Notes under the pieces: generated by a model
What the model was told of the DNA's origin: nothing
Databases searched by the model: none
The model's input: only the letters and a program-made list of their open reading frames with translations
IMG/VR virus record: IMGVR_UViG_2713896899_000007
Coordinates: 7,041 to 71,040 of that record
From: a virus
Lineage: Duplodnaviria > Heunggongvirae > Uroviricota > Caudoviricetes
Reading direction: 5' to 3' (one strand)
Length of the DNA stretch: 64,000 bases
Shown here: positions 47,286-56,781 of the stretch, piece by piece
How positions within the stretch are numbered: the stretch's first letter is position 1
How the letters are laid out: every line of letters starts with the position of its first letter
Made by a program: the position numbers and the translations under genes

Positions 47286-47710
47286 TAGAGATAAGCATCC
47301 AGTGACAACTGAAGCGCCTGGGCGATCTTTTTCAGTGCCTGCTCTTCTTGTTCACCAATGCCGTCCTGGTCGGCAATATCAAGGCACAGACACAGAACAT
47401 CGACCGCCTCTGGAGTGCCCGCAATATCAGCCAGCTCACGCATAGCCTGTGCATTAGCGGAACGAGGGGACGCTTCGTAACGAGCACGGATATTGGCGCT
47501 CATTTGGGCAATCTCACCAGCAAACGGAGAAAACGCAGGCAGAGCTGCAATTGTCTTCTCAAGAATGGCAATTTCTTTTGCGTCACATGTGCCGTCGGCA
47601 TAGGAGATCATGTACGCGCCCCACACGGTGGCCTCAACCGCATCACGGTTCTCCATTTTTTTGACTTCGATAACTGCTTTACGAGTTTTCTTTTTGAAGA
47701 AACCTAACAT
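47285..47710 (-). CDS. TerB-like (tellurite-resistance family) protein
   Basis: 141 aa. ADGTCDAKEIAILEK...DQDGIGEQEEQALKKIAQAL shows the two-repeat TerB pattern. Confidence 0.65.
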   Translation of the reverse strand: MLGFFKKKTRKAVIEVKKMENRDAVEATVWGAYMISYADGTCDAKEIAILEKTIAALPAFSPFAGEIAQMSANIRARYEASPRSANAQAMRELADIAGTPEAVDVLCLCLDIADQDGIGEQEEQALKKIAQALQLSLDAYL

Positions 47711-47803
47711 GTGTTTTCCTTTTGTTATTTGTCAAAACAAGTTGTTTTCTAGTTAAATAAATTGCTTACGCAAAGACGGTCAATGCATATGCACTAACAA
47801 CCG

Positions 47804-47992
47804 TCAGAAGTAACCAAGTACCGAACCGACTGGAAAAATAAAAATCCCAACTACACGAGCCAAGGTCATGCCAGCCTGAAACTGGAGATCGCCAGAGCAA
47901 ACAAGTTTTATAATGTTCGATACCCAACCGGCGGCCATGAGGGCCAGAATTGCCAGCCAAATTTTTCCAAAGTGATTTGAAAACCAGTTCAT
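47804..47992 (-). CDS. small membrane protein (2 TM)
   Basis: TAAGG RBS 7 nt upstream. Hydrophobic segments IWLAILALMAAGW and VVGIFIFPVGSVLGYF. Confidence 0.5.
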   Translation of the reverse strand: MNWFSNHFGKIWLAILALMAAGWVSNIIKLVCSGDLQFQAGMTLARVVGIFIFPVGSVLGYF

Positions 47993-48001
47993 ACAACCGC
48001 C

Positions 48002-48496
48002 TTAGTCACAGCATGATCCTGAGTAACTGGATGAATTTGAGGTATCGCATCCACCGCCATCCCATCCAGAGTGACAGGACGCTCCACTGGAGTGGTGGTA
48101 ATTGTCGTCGACGAAGGTGTGGTGATGGATGAATCCGGCATCAAAAGGCTCTGACCGGCTGGAACTGCTACCGTCGCCAGTGAAACTATAATGAGAACGT
48201 AGGCCATTGGTTTCAGCCTCTTTCTTTGAAAATTTTCCATTCGAACTGTCCTTGTTGTTTTTCTCCTTCACTAAAGGCCGTGCATTTTTCGCTTCGCGTG
48301 AAGAACCAGAGGCAACAATCGCCCCCACGTTCGCAACAACTGACGCTTGATTATCTAAACGTTCATTCAGCAACCGAACGGTAGTCTCTAGTTCATCAAG
48401 ACGTGACATAACACGACCGCTAAATAATTCGGCCAAAATTTGACGTAAAGAACGAGGACGTTTAGTTGCAGAAGTGAAATAGGTTTGACGTGCCAT
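48002..48496 (-). CDS. hypothetical protein with Cys/His/Ser/Gly-rich C-terminal tail
   Basis: GGAG RBS. Coiled-coil N-terminus. The tail reads HHHTFVDDNYHHSSGASCHSGWDGGGCDTSNSSSYSGSCCD. Confidence 0.45.
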   Translation of the reverse strand: MARQTYFTSATKRPRSLRQILAELFSGRVMSRLDELETTVRLLNERLDNQASVVANVGAIVASGSSREAKNARPLVKEKNNKDSSNGKFSKKEAETNGLRSHYSFTGDGSSSSRSEPFDAGFIHHHTFVDDNYHHSSGASCHSGWDGGGCDTSNSSSYSGSCCD

Positions 48497-48644
48497 GTGG
48501 ACTCCATCCAGTGTCAGAAAGAGTTGCGGCTGGCGATTGCCAGCCGCCTTTCTCGTTCCATCCTGGAACTGTGTCTTACCGACACATTGTCATCCTGACG
48601 CCGATAAGATACATGATTTAAAATAATAGGTAAATACTTACTTA

Positions 48645-49235
48645 CTAATTGTTATAAACAAAACCAATATCTTTCTTGTGAGGCATATCTGCTGCTGAAA
48701 AAGCTGCGATCTTCGCGAGTCGATCACATATTTCATTTTCACGATGCCCGGCGTGACCTTTAACCCACTTCCAGCGAACATTATGTCGACTTGCGGCCTC
48801 ATCCAGACGCTTCCACAGATCAACATTCTTTACCGGTTTTTTGTCAGAAGTCATCCATCCATTGCGTTTCCACCATTTCATCCACTGTGTCATGCCGTTT
48901 TTCAGATACTGGCTATCAGAGTGCAAAATAACGTTGCATGGATATTTCAAACGCTCCAGCCCGATAAGTGCCCCCATCATCTCCATGCGGTTATTGGTGG
49001 TGCTATGAAAACCATCTGAGAACTCGCGTTCCTCACCACGATACTGGAGAACTATACCGTAACCGCCCGGGCCACCCGGATTTTTAAGGCAAGAGCCATC
49101 ACTGAAGATTTTCACGGTTTTAAGCTGGGGATTGAACTCTACGACAGGCGTTGTGGGATTGGTGCGGGGAGAATTTTTGTTTTTGTCTTTTTTGCGAGTT
49201 TTTGCTTGCGATCGGGCTGGTGTCTTCGACGTCAT
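48645..49235 (-). CDS. rnhA: ribonuclease HI
   Basis: The SDGSC...NNRMEMM...HSDSQY...[18 protein letters not shown] motifs. ATG 49235 has an AGGAG RBS. Confidence 0.9.
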   Translation of the reverse strand: MTSKTPARSQAKTRKKDKNKNSPRTNPTTPVVEFNPQLKTVKIFSDGSCLKNPGGPGGYGIVLQYRGEEREFSDGFHSTTNNRMEMMGALIGLERLKYPCNVILHSDSQYLKNGMTQWMKWWKRNGWMTSDKKPVKNVDLWKRLDEAASRHNVRWKWVKGHAGHRENEICDRLAKIAAFSAADMPHKKDIGFVYNN

Positions 49236-49399
49236 ATAAACTCCTGAATCAAGCGCCGCGCCGATTTTTTTCCTCGCGCGTGCGCACACGCGTGCGTGTA
49301 ATAATTATTAAAATAAACAAATTACTTCCCAGTACAGGTTTTTATAAACCTGAACTGAACGAACGAAGTGAGTGAAGTTCACCTCGAACGAAGTGAGAG

Positions 49400-49700
49400 G
49401 TTGTCTTTTCAGGTAATACTCTCCCAGGGAGGTGAGTATAAAATTCCTCACCAACCTGGTCGTTTCATAACCTGAAAAGCTATGGTCTAAGTCTACTGCC
49501 AGCTTAGACTTGGGAAGTTATGGATGACAGCACCCCAGAACCGAGATCTTCCCACACTTTATGAAGGGGAGTACTGGATTCAACCTCTCGAAACACCCCA
49601 GACTCGACAATCATAAAGTGACCCTTGTCTCTGCTCACTTTGGTTCCCCCTTCCCCGACACCTAAACGGCACCGGTTCTACGCTGGTAGTGAGCTTTTTT
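49400..49700 (+). ncRNA. candidate structured RNA (hypothetical; strand uncertain)
   Basis: Nested helices: 49405-49414/49470-49479 (10 bp), 49555-49564/49611-49620 (10 bp), 49537-49543/49671-49677. A further helix, 49633-49639/49688-49694, is followed by T6. Confidence 0.3.
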
Positions 49701-49817
49701 AAACCTGACGCCAGTGACGCTTACCCCCACCCATCAGGTCGAGTCTCCAGTCTATGACTGGAAACTATCAGATCTTAGCACTTACAATTCATCTTATGAA
49801 TAGTTTGTACTTATCTA

Positions 49818-50048
49818 TCATTTCGATTGATTATTTTCTCGACCATGTAGTTGAACATTCAAGGCAAACACCTCGTTGATCAACTCACCTAAAAGCTGTT
49901 CAACAAGTTCGCGATGCTCCCCAAGATGCAAGCACTTAATTGCCCATTCGTACAAGTTGAAAGCCTGCTCGCGATCTTTCATCATTTCACGAGCCTTAGC
50001 CAGAAAATCGCTCTCTACGAGCGCAACAACATTGGTCGGGTATGACAT
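49818..50048 (-). CDS. hypothetical protein
   Basis: 76 aa ORF. Confidence 0.5.
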   Translation of the reverse strand: MSYPTNVVALVESDFLAKAREMMKDREQAFNLYEWAIKCLHLGEHRELVEQLLGELINEVFALNVQLHGRENNQSK

Positions 50049-50157
50049 GTTAGTTTTCCTTAAAGTGGTTCATAAAATCGATTTTAAAGCGTCTGAGAAG
50101 GGGTTCTAGTGGATTCTGTAGTGGTGTTCAGGTCTGGGAGTCTCTGATACAAAACAG

Positions 50158-50210
50158 CCTGCTTCCGTATATTAATAATTAATATGTAGTTATTTATATA
50201 CAGAAGCAGG
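50158..50210. repeat. second copy of the cctgcttccgtatat inverted repeat
   Basis: 15-bp arms with 1 mismatch. ggtctggga lies upstream at 50131, as in the first copy at 19087. Confidence 0.8.
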
Positions 50211-50233
50211 TTAATTACACTCGCCAGAACAAA

Positions 50234-50827
50234 CTAAGCAGCCTTCTTTGATGGTCTTTTTTTCCTGACCACATTCGCAGGATCATACCCTCCCAGACTT
50301 TTCATTACGTCCAAAGGGATCTTGCTTATAGAGTGCCCAGCGTCCTGACAGAATCCTCGAAAAACAACGAGCATACTGCCACCGGGGTTGATGTTTACTT
50401 CTACCTGACCCAAATTGACGTCAGGCTCGACAAACGCTACGCGGCCACCAGACAGAATAATCGTCTCATTCGCATACTCTGTTGCACGCTCATACCACTT
50501 TGTATCGAGGGATTGAGGAATTAGCATCACTGTTGTAACTCCGCGAGCCTGCTCACGTATAGCAGCATCAATCCAGGGGGAGATTTTGGAGTAGGGTGGA
50601 TTGAGGAAGGCAATTGTACCTGGCTGTCCCCATTCAGATTTCAAAGCATCGCGCTCAACGCCTATGAAATTAGGCAGCTTTGCATTGTCCTTGTTGCAGG
50701 CAACGTCAACATCAAATGTCACTCCAAGATAACGTTGAATGGCAGAAAACAGCCAATCAGGTGTTCTCCAGAGGTCACGAAGAGAGTTGTCGCGCTTTCG
50801 CTGTTTGATTTTTTCGGCTGCAATCAT
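50234..50827 (-). CDS. phage-type DNA N6-adenine methyltransferase
   Basis: WRTPDWLF and FLNPPYS motifs. 197 aa. Confidence 0.85.
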   Translation of the reverse strand: MIAAEKIKQRKRDNSLRDLWRTPDWLFSAIQRYLGVTFDVDVACNKDNAKLPNFIGVERDALKSEWGQPGTIAFLNPPYSKISPWIDAAIREQARGVTTVMLIPQSLDTKWYERATEYANETIILSGGRVAFVEPDVNLGQVEVNINPGGSMLVVFRGFCQDAGHSISKIPLDVMKSLGGYDPANVVRKKRPSKKAA

Positions 50828-50837
50828 CTTCTTTCTC

Positions 50838-50857
50838 GATAGGTAAGTGATTACCTA
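50838..50857. repeat. TAAGTA-type palindrome ATAGGTAAgtgaTTACCTAT
   Basis: Perfect 8-bp arms directly upstream of the MTase start. Confidence 0.65.
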
Positions 50858-51009
50858 TTTTTGCATTTGATTTTATGTATGGCAATCAAATAAAACACGC
50901 CAGAAATGCGAACAAGAAGCTCTCTGGCGCGTTTTTGTGGTGCTGGGTATGGGTTAGCTTACCCAGCACTATAAAGCTCTCTATGGGCTTTATTTTCAGT
51001 AGGGGAACG

Positions 51010-51819
51010 TCATCCAATAGTGTACTCCGCGACAAACTTCTTAACGATCGGTGATTCTTCGTTCAATGTTAGATTTCCACCGTCTCTAACAGCAATTCCT
51101 GTAGCTGGAAATACAGCCATCATTTGCCCAGCCTGAGTTGACGCAGTGTTAAGCGGATACGGTTTTTCTGGATTGCTCATTAAAGCAATCTTAATACTAT
51201 TACTTGTAGCCTTCCTTTCTGTGAGAAGGTGTCTCATGGAAATTACCGTGTAAACACTAATATCTGGACCTCCGCTAAACCAATTAAGAAGGTTTAATAT
51301 CTTATCCTTTGCTTTGACAGGCGCGTTTTCGTAAGCGTCTAAGAAAATATCTTTTTCTAAGCCTGCTTTATTGAAAAACGAATCATCTTTATCACTTAAA
51401 GTAAAACGAGGACCTCTTGCAGTACGAGCTTTTTTATTTGTATTGCTATCATTTGACTGTTGAACTTTTAATTCATCATTAACCTCAACACAATCTTCAA
51501 CCTCAATAAATCCCAATTGTTCTGGCTCGTTTTCGGCAGCTTCACCACTTTCAGTGTTAATTACGTTTATAGGCTCATGCGCTAACTCCAACTCATTTAA
51601 AGCGGAGCTGAAATCACCTGCTTTTTCTTCATTGAACAGTTCTTCGGCAACATCATCAGAACTCATGGCTACGCCAGCATCGAGGCCTAGAAGCAGATCG
51701 TCAATATCATCAGTATTCTCAACCTGTGCAGCTTTTTTTACCGGTTCATCAAGTGATTGCAACATAGCTGTCAGTTCGTCCAGATCATCATTTGTCATTA
51801 CATTTTCAACCGAACTCAT
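51010..51819 (-). CDS. hypothetical protein with highly acidic N-terminal half
   Basis: 269 aa. The first 110 or so residues are D/E-rich. Confidence 0.55.
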   Translation of the reverse strand: MSSVENVMTNDDLDELTAMLQSLDEPVKKAAQVENTDDIDDLLLGLDAGVAMSSDDVAEELFNEEKAGDFSSALNELELAHEPINVINTESGEAAENEPEQLGFIEVEDCVEVNDELKVQQSNDSNTNKKARTARGPRFTLSDKDDSFFNKAGLEKDIFLDAYENAPVKAKDKILNLLNWFSGGPDISVYTVISMRHLLTERKATSNSIKIALMSNPEKPYPLNTASTQAGQMMAVFPATGIAVRDGGNLTLNEESPIVKKFVAEYTIG

Positions 51820-51979
51820 GTAAGTCTCCTTCTGTTTGGTTACATTTGCGTTTCGATGGCTACATTTTGACTAAACCTATCAGGCGGAAAAGTATTAAAT
51901 ACAGGCAGGAAATGATTGAAAGGCGACTGTTCTTTAAAAGAAAGCCTACTTTAAACTCTCTTTAAAGTAGGCTTTTGCT

Positions 51980-52537
51980 TTACACAATTTCAGAGGGTAA
52001 TTTAAAAAATCCGTACTTATTACGTGCCTTAAAGAAGCATTGCATCATTAAGTTTGTGTCATATAAGGCACTATGTGCTTTGGCATGATCGTATATAAAG
52101 CCAAGAGAGAAGGCCAACTCTTCAAGGCGGGGACGTTTACCGTCTTCTGTGGCCCACAATCCCGATAACATAGTATCTATAACAGGAACGTCTGGCAGTC
52201 TTACTCCATACCCTGAAAACTCGTGTCGAATAAATGGTATATCAAACGCTTCACCGTTATGAGCAATCCACGCACTACATGCCCCCATATAAGCGCCAAT
52301 TTCGCTGGCATGATTTGACAACAAAGGTTCAGCTGCGAGCTGTTCCAATGAAATGCCATGAACGGCTTGAGCTTTCGGATCTATGTTTCTGCGAGGGTTA
52401 AAACGCATCTCCAGACTATCAATATGTCTCTGTGTCTCCAGTTCATAGCGGGTAATTGCGATTTCAATAATTTTATGACCAGCAAGGAAATCCAGTCCCG
52501 TAGACTCGATATCGATGCCTGCAACAATCGTTGTCAT
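51980..52537 (-). CDS. DnaQ-like DEDDh 3'-5' exonuclease
   Basis: GIDIESTG, HNGEAFDIPF and HSALYD motifs. Confidence 0.8.
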   Translation of the reverse strand: MTTIVAGIDIESTGLDFLAGHKIIEIAITRYELETQRHIDSLEMRFNPRRNIDPKAQAVHGISLEQLAAEPLLSNHASEIGAYMGACSAWIAHNGEAFDIPFIRHEFSGYGVRLPDVPVIDTMLSGLWATEDGKRPRLEELAFSLGFIYDHAKAHSALYDTNLMMQCFFKARNKYGFFKLPSEIV

Positions 52538-52546
52538 CAGAACTCC

Positions 52547-52966
52547 TTACAACTTCTTAGCGCCCTTAAGTAGTGCGCTACGTACAAATTGAGCCGCTTT
52601 TTTCAAAGTTTCTTCACTGGTTTCACAGACAATCGGATCTTTCCACTTACCTGACGCAGTGTTGAGAATATTGATTTGGTTGCTATCCAGACAAACAGAG
52701 ATATAAAGCACCGTGCCACCAGCCAGCATCAAATGCATAGGAAACAGAGGCTTTTTACTGTCTTCACTGAACTGAGACATGGCGATGTTAATGGCTTCAC
52801 CTACTTGTGCGCCAACAAGCCCCTGCGCAGTTTCGAATATGGCACGAATAGCCAGACGAGCCTCTCGATCGGTCATAAGCGACCGGGAATGTTCGTCCGC
52901 TACACGAATCAAAGCCTCTGTTGTTTTCCGATCCAGTTCATCTTCAAGCAACATTTCACTAAACAT
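52547..52966 (-). CDS. hypothetical protein
   Basis: 139 aa ORF. Confidence 0.5.
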   Translation of the reverse strand: MFSEMLLEDELDRKTTEALIRVADEHSRSLMTDREARLAIRAIFETAQGLVGAQVGEAINIAMSQFSEDSKKPLFPMHLMLAGGTVLYISVCLDSNQINILNTASGKWKDPIVCETSEETLKKAAQFVRSALLKGAKKL

Positions 52967-53027
52967 TTTTTATCCTTAACCCATTTTGAGAGTTTTATTG
53001 TCGCAATGTCGAAGAGGCGAACAATTT

Positions 53028-53672
53028 CTAATGAACGGTTACTCGGCCACAGAACCGGTTTTCTATCTTTTCTACAGCGTTATCTAGCATTCTCATCACT
53101 GATCTGGCTCTTGCTTCAACCGTGCGATATCGGTTGGAAACGACGAAGGTTTGCAGATCTCCCCTTTGCGGATGCAGGTGAATTTTTGTCAGTTCCCCGC
53201 ACATCAACGCATCAATACGAGCGACATACAGACGGTCTAATGATGCTCGTTGTGATCGCAAGTAATCTCGCTCTGAGAGAGCGACTCCCGGGCGTAAGCC
53301 AGCAATGGCGTTAAAGTTTGAAATAGCAGTTTTGTGGCAAAACTTTTCGATATCGAGGGCTAACTCAATACACCGATCTTCATTTGTATGGCCGACCAAA
53401 TCCAACGTGTAGGCCATAACATCAGCAGGTGTGCGATCGATAACAAAGCCTTCAACACCACGCGTAAGTAGCTCTATATGCTTTGCTATTTCCATTTGAA
53501 TCTGAAGCCGCTCATATAGAGGCATAGACTCACCTACTCGAACACCGAGGCGGCTCATCAAACTTCCGACACCAGCATCCACGTAAGGGATTCCGTAATG
53601 TTTGTCGATATATTTAGCCAGGGTTGTTTTCCCACTGCCCTGAGCACCAGTGATCCCAATCCGGTAATCCAT
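53028..53672 (-). CDS. P-loop nucleotide kinase-like ATPase
   Basis: GAQGSGKTT Walker A at the N-terminus. Lies in the nucleotide-metabolism operon. Confidence 0.6.
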   Translation of the reverse strand: MDYRIGITGAQGSGKTTLAKYIDKHYGIPYVDAGVGSLMSRLGVRVGESMPLYERLQIQMEIAKHIELLTRGVEGFVIDRTPADVMAYTLDLVGHTNEDRCIELALDIEKFCHKTAISNFNAIAGLRPGVALSERDYLRSQRASLDRLYVARIDALMCGELTKIHLHPQRGDLQTFVVSNRYRTVEARARSVMRMLDNAVEKIENRFCGRVTVH

Positions 53673-54148
53673 TACGACCTTCTGTATACGATCTGCGAAA
53701 AGCCAGGCTCTTCCTCGCTGGCTCGTTGGGTATAAGCTGTTTCAACAGGCACAAAGCCTAAGTTACGCATCATGCTTGCCGGGAAGAATGCATCGGCGTT
53801 TGGTACATCAACGCCGATGTGGGAGAGCCAAATCTCTTCAACATGCGGCATGAATAGCGAGTAAATTTGTTCCCCGCCAATCACCCACACAGGCTCTGGT
53901 AATCGCAACACATCATCCACACCAGCAGGGTAGAATCCATTTGGTACAAAGCCATGAGAGCGCGTCAAAACGAGGTTATGACGCTCTGGAAGAGGGCGTT
54001 TGAGACTTTCCATCGTTTTACGCCCCATAACGACAGTGGCGTTTTTGGTGAGTCTCTTAAATAGCTTCAGATCGGTAGAACAACGCCAGGGCAGTTCGTT
54101 CGCTATGCCGATCTCATAGTTACGGCCAACAGCAGCTATCATCTTCAT
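53672..54148 (-). CDS. folA: dihydrofolate reductase
   Basis: MIAAV...LPW...VVMGRKT...VIGGEQIY pattern. 158 aa. Confidence 0.9.
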   Translation of the reverse strand: MKMIAAVGRNYEIGIANELPWRCSTDLKLFKRLTKNATVVMGRKTMESLKRPLPERHNLVLTRSHGFVPNGFYPAGVDDVLRLPEPVWVIGGEQIYSLFMPHVEEIWLSHIGVDVPNADAFFPASMMRNLGFVPVETAYTQRASEEEPGFSQIVYRRS

Positions 54149-54558
54149 TTGCTCACCTCATAGATGACCGGTCTATGATGAGAGTCAGCTAAAGCGGCAC
54201 GGAGTCGAGGATCGTGCACCAGCGCAGCGATAAGCAGATCGCCTTTATGCTCCGCTAATGTGCGCTTAATATGCTTCTCATAACTGGTGCCATTCGGTAC
54301 AAGATGAAGCCAGTCGTAATCAACGCCAAAATCTTTCAGCCATCGTTTAGTGGGCGCTTCAAGAGTTTCAGAGCGGCTACTGATAAGCACCACTTCAGCC
54401 CCTGAGCGAGCAAAACCACGCAACATACGGCTGGTGGGGAAAATGAGTTCATCACCGGCAATGAGCTGGCCTGCATCCGCGTCAGATACAGATTTACGAT
54501 GGCTGGTATTTGCCAGCACACCTTCAATTTCGCATAAGACATACATACCTCTTGCCAT
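54145..54558 (-). CDS. hypothetical protein (HAD-like N-terminus with Glu in place of Asp?)
   Basis: MYVLCEIEGVLAN resembles the HAD motif I DxDGVLA. ATG 54558 lies 1 nt after the thyA stop. Confidence 0.4.
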   Translation of the reverse strand: MARGMYVLCEIEGVLANTSHRKSVSDADAGQLIAGDELIFPTSRMLRGFARSGAEVVLISSRSETLEAPTKRWLKDFGVDYDWLHLVPNGTSYEKHIKRTLAEHKGDLLIAALVHDPRLRAALADSHHRPVIYEVSK

Positions 54559-54559
54559 A

Positions 54560-55663
54560 TCACACCGCCACTGGAACCTTGATCCACGGTAGAGGGTCAT
54601 AGCCAAGAATCAGAATATCGTCCCATTTGAAATCATCCAGCTCAGACCATTCATGAGGGAAAATAACGACCGGATCTGAATGCTCTGGAGCCTGTCGTTT
54701 CATTAGCTCACACACACTTTCCATGTGGTTATTGTATAAATGCACGTCAAAGCCAAAATGCACAAATGCACCGGCCATGTGACCCGTAATCTTCGCGAGA
54801 AAATGAGTGAGAATGCCATAGCCAGCAATATTGAATGGCATACCAACAAAAGTGTCTACGCTACGCTGTACGAGGCAGGAGTTGAGGATGCGTTTGGGGA
54901 TTCCAAGTTCATCCAGTTCAGTTTCAGTAACACTGCCGTCCATCTCCAGATCGTATAGCATCTTGGTGTAGATAGACTCGTAACCGAGGCGACTGTGTTG
55001 AAGACCAATGTCTGTTGCCATCGTTAAACGAGTTTCAAAATCAAGCTCACGACTCCACAAAGAGAAGGCAAAGTGGCAAGGTGGCAGTTTCATATCCTCA
55101 AGCTCGCCTACGTTCCATGCGTTAAGCATGATGCGACGATCGGTAGGGTTCGTGCGCAGTGTATCGACAATACGCTGTAGCTGATCGATTTCACGGGACA
55201 GCACTACGCGATCTTCACTGATACCCAGGTATCCCTCGACTTTGTACCCGCGTTCACGGAAAGTATCGATCTTGCTCAGATATTCACTATGGCTCACGAT
55301 GCGGGTATCTTCCCATCGACGCCACTGCTTACCGTAAACCGGCCCCAAATCGCCATTCTCATCGGCCCATGCATCCCAAATTTTAACGCCGTTATCCTTG
55401 AGAAATTGGATGTTGCCCGTGCCTTTCAGATACCACTCAAGTTCGACAAGTAGTGGCTTAAGATTTACCGCCTTTCCAGAAATAAGCGGCACAGTCCCAC
55501 CAGTAAGCATGTAGTAAGAGGGAACGTAGCAGGTGCTTAAAGTACCAGTGCCTGTGCGATCATCAGCCTGCACGCCGCTTTTAAGCACCGTCTCAATAAC
55601 TTTTGCATACGATGCGTTTGTTACCTGACCGTTCGTATGCTCACGATTCAAAAGGAGTGACAC
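54560..55663 (-). CDS. thyA: thymidylate synthase family protein with two large insertions
   Basis: DRTGTGT, GDLGPVYGKQWR, LPPCH and GMPFNIAGY motifs. The start is uncertain (GTG 55663 with a GAGG RBS, or GTG 55690). Confidence 0.8.
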   Translation of the reverse strand: MSLLLNREHTNGQVTNASYAKVIETVLKSGVQADDRTGTGTLSTCYVPSYYMLTGGTVPLISGKAVNLKPLLVELEWYLKGTGNIQFLKDNGVKIWDAWADENGDLGPVYGKQWRRWEDTRIVSHSEYLSKIDTFRERGYKVEGYLGISEDRVVLSREIDQLQRIVDTLRTNPTDRRIMLNAWNVGELEDMKLPPCHFAFSLWSRELDFETRLTMATDIGLQHSRLGYESIYTKMLYDLEMDGSVTETELDELGIPKRILNSCLVQRSVDTFVGMPFNIAGYGILTHFLAKITGHMAGAFVHFGFDVHLYNNHMESVCELMKRQAPEHSDPVVIFPHEWSELDDFKWDDILILGYDPLPWIKVPVAV

Positions 55664-55834
55664 AAAAACCTCACAAAGATAAGTAACCACTTATTCATTG
55701 CGTGAGTTTACATTCATTGAGAGAACAAGACCAGACAGATAAAAAAATGGTGGCCATAGGCCACCAAAAACGAATAGTTGTTTCAGAAATTTAACGCGCC
55801 AACGCAATATACACAGATAGATAACTACCTACAA

Positions 55835-56704
55835 TTATTTTTTGATCATTCCGTACATTGCTGAGGCTTTAGCTTGCTCAACAAAGGAGGATAAATCGAC
55901 ATCACTATAGGTTGGAGACTTCAGAATCTTTCCATCGGAAATTCGAAAACCGATCATCTTATCGGTGCCATCAGCATGGCGAAATCCCAGGTCAGAAGAG
56001 TCGTATTTGCAGTTGGCCACAGCATGGCGACGCTCTTCGGCATCTGCAGGCCATAATTTTGTCATGTTGGACCGATGAATTTCGCCAACCAGCTCGACGA
56101 CATTGATACCGAGGAAATCAGCCAGTCGATAGGTCATCATGCACGCCACATAGATTTTGTTCATTACACGGCGCAGTTCCTGAATCAGCTCAGAATCCTT
56201 AACAGTCTTGTTCTCAAGTTTATCTGCCAGCTCTTCGAGCATACATGACGCCTCACGAGCTTCCTGAAATGGCATTGCCATATCATCGAAAACAGTGTTA
56301 CCAGGCACAAAAATTGTCTGCATAAAGCGATCAATGCTCTGTTCCTGCGTGTAATAGGTCATGCCGGTAGAAATACCACCTTTGATGGCGACCATCGTAC
56401 CAACACCAACGTATAAAAAGTCGGCCATTGCATCCAGCAGTTGCTCAATATCCCCATTCATTGCGGCTGGAATACCTTCCACTACAGCTTCTTCATGAAT
56501 CAGGCTTGCACGGAGACGAAGCAGCTCTGGTGTCGGCATAACGCGTCTCGGATGCTGGAAGAGTTCATGAAACTGATCGACCATCTTGTAAATACTTTCA
56601 GTGGCTACACCATGGCCTTCATGCAACTCATATGGTTCTGGCTTAAATCCAATGAGTCGATCGGTGGCAAGTTTCAGGTGGTCAGTCAGTTTGGTAAAGT
56701 TCAT
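55835..56704 (-). CDS. all-alpha NTP pyrophosphohydrolase (MazG/HisE-like)
   Basis: LIHEEAVVE...DAMADFLYV and IHRSNMTKL motifs. Confidence 0.55.
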   Translation of the reverse strand: MNFTKLTDHLKLATDRLIGFKPEPYELHEGHGVATESIYKMVDQFHELFQHPRRVMPTPELLRLRASLIHEEAVVEGIPAAMNGDIEQLLDAMADFLYVGVGTMVAIKGGISTGMTYYTQEQSIDRFMQTIFVPGNTVFDDMAMPFQEAREASCMLEELADKLENKTVKDSELIQELRRVMNKIYVACMMTYRLADFLGINVVELVGEIHRSNMTKLWPADAEERRHAVANCKYDSSDLGFRHADGTDKMIGFRISDGKILKSPTYSDVDLSSFVEQAKASAMYGMIKK

Positions 56705-56781
56705 GCTAGTTTTGTTCCTTCTTAATTCTTGTGATCCATTGTGGCCCAGCGTTGCCAGGCCACATAATGCTTTGTATCGGT

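Noticed and set aside
47766-47996. Alternative 76-aa frame overlapping the 62-aa membrane ORF.
   Set aside because: The 47804..47992 frame has a TAAGG RBS at correct spacing and two clean TM segments. The alternative frame has neither.
47989-48240. Embedded out-of-frame ORF as an Rz1-like spanin inside 48002..48496.
   Set aside because: There is no lipobox Cys after the hydrophobic segment. The outer ORF lacks the N-terminal TM of an i-spanin, and no endolysin is nearby.
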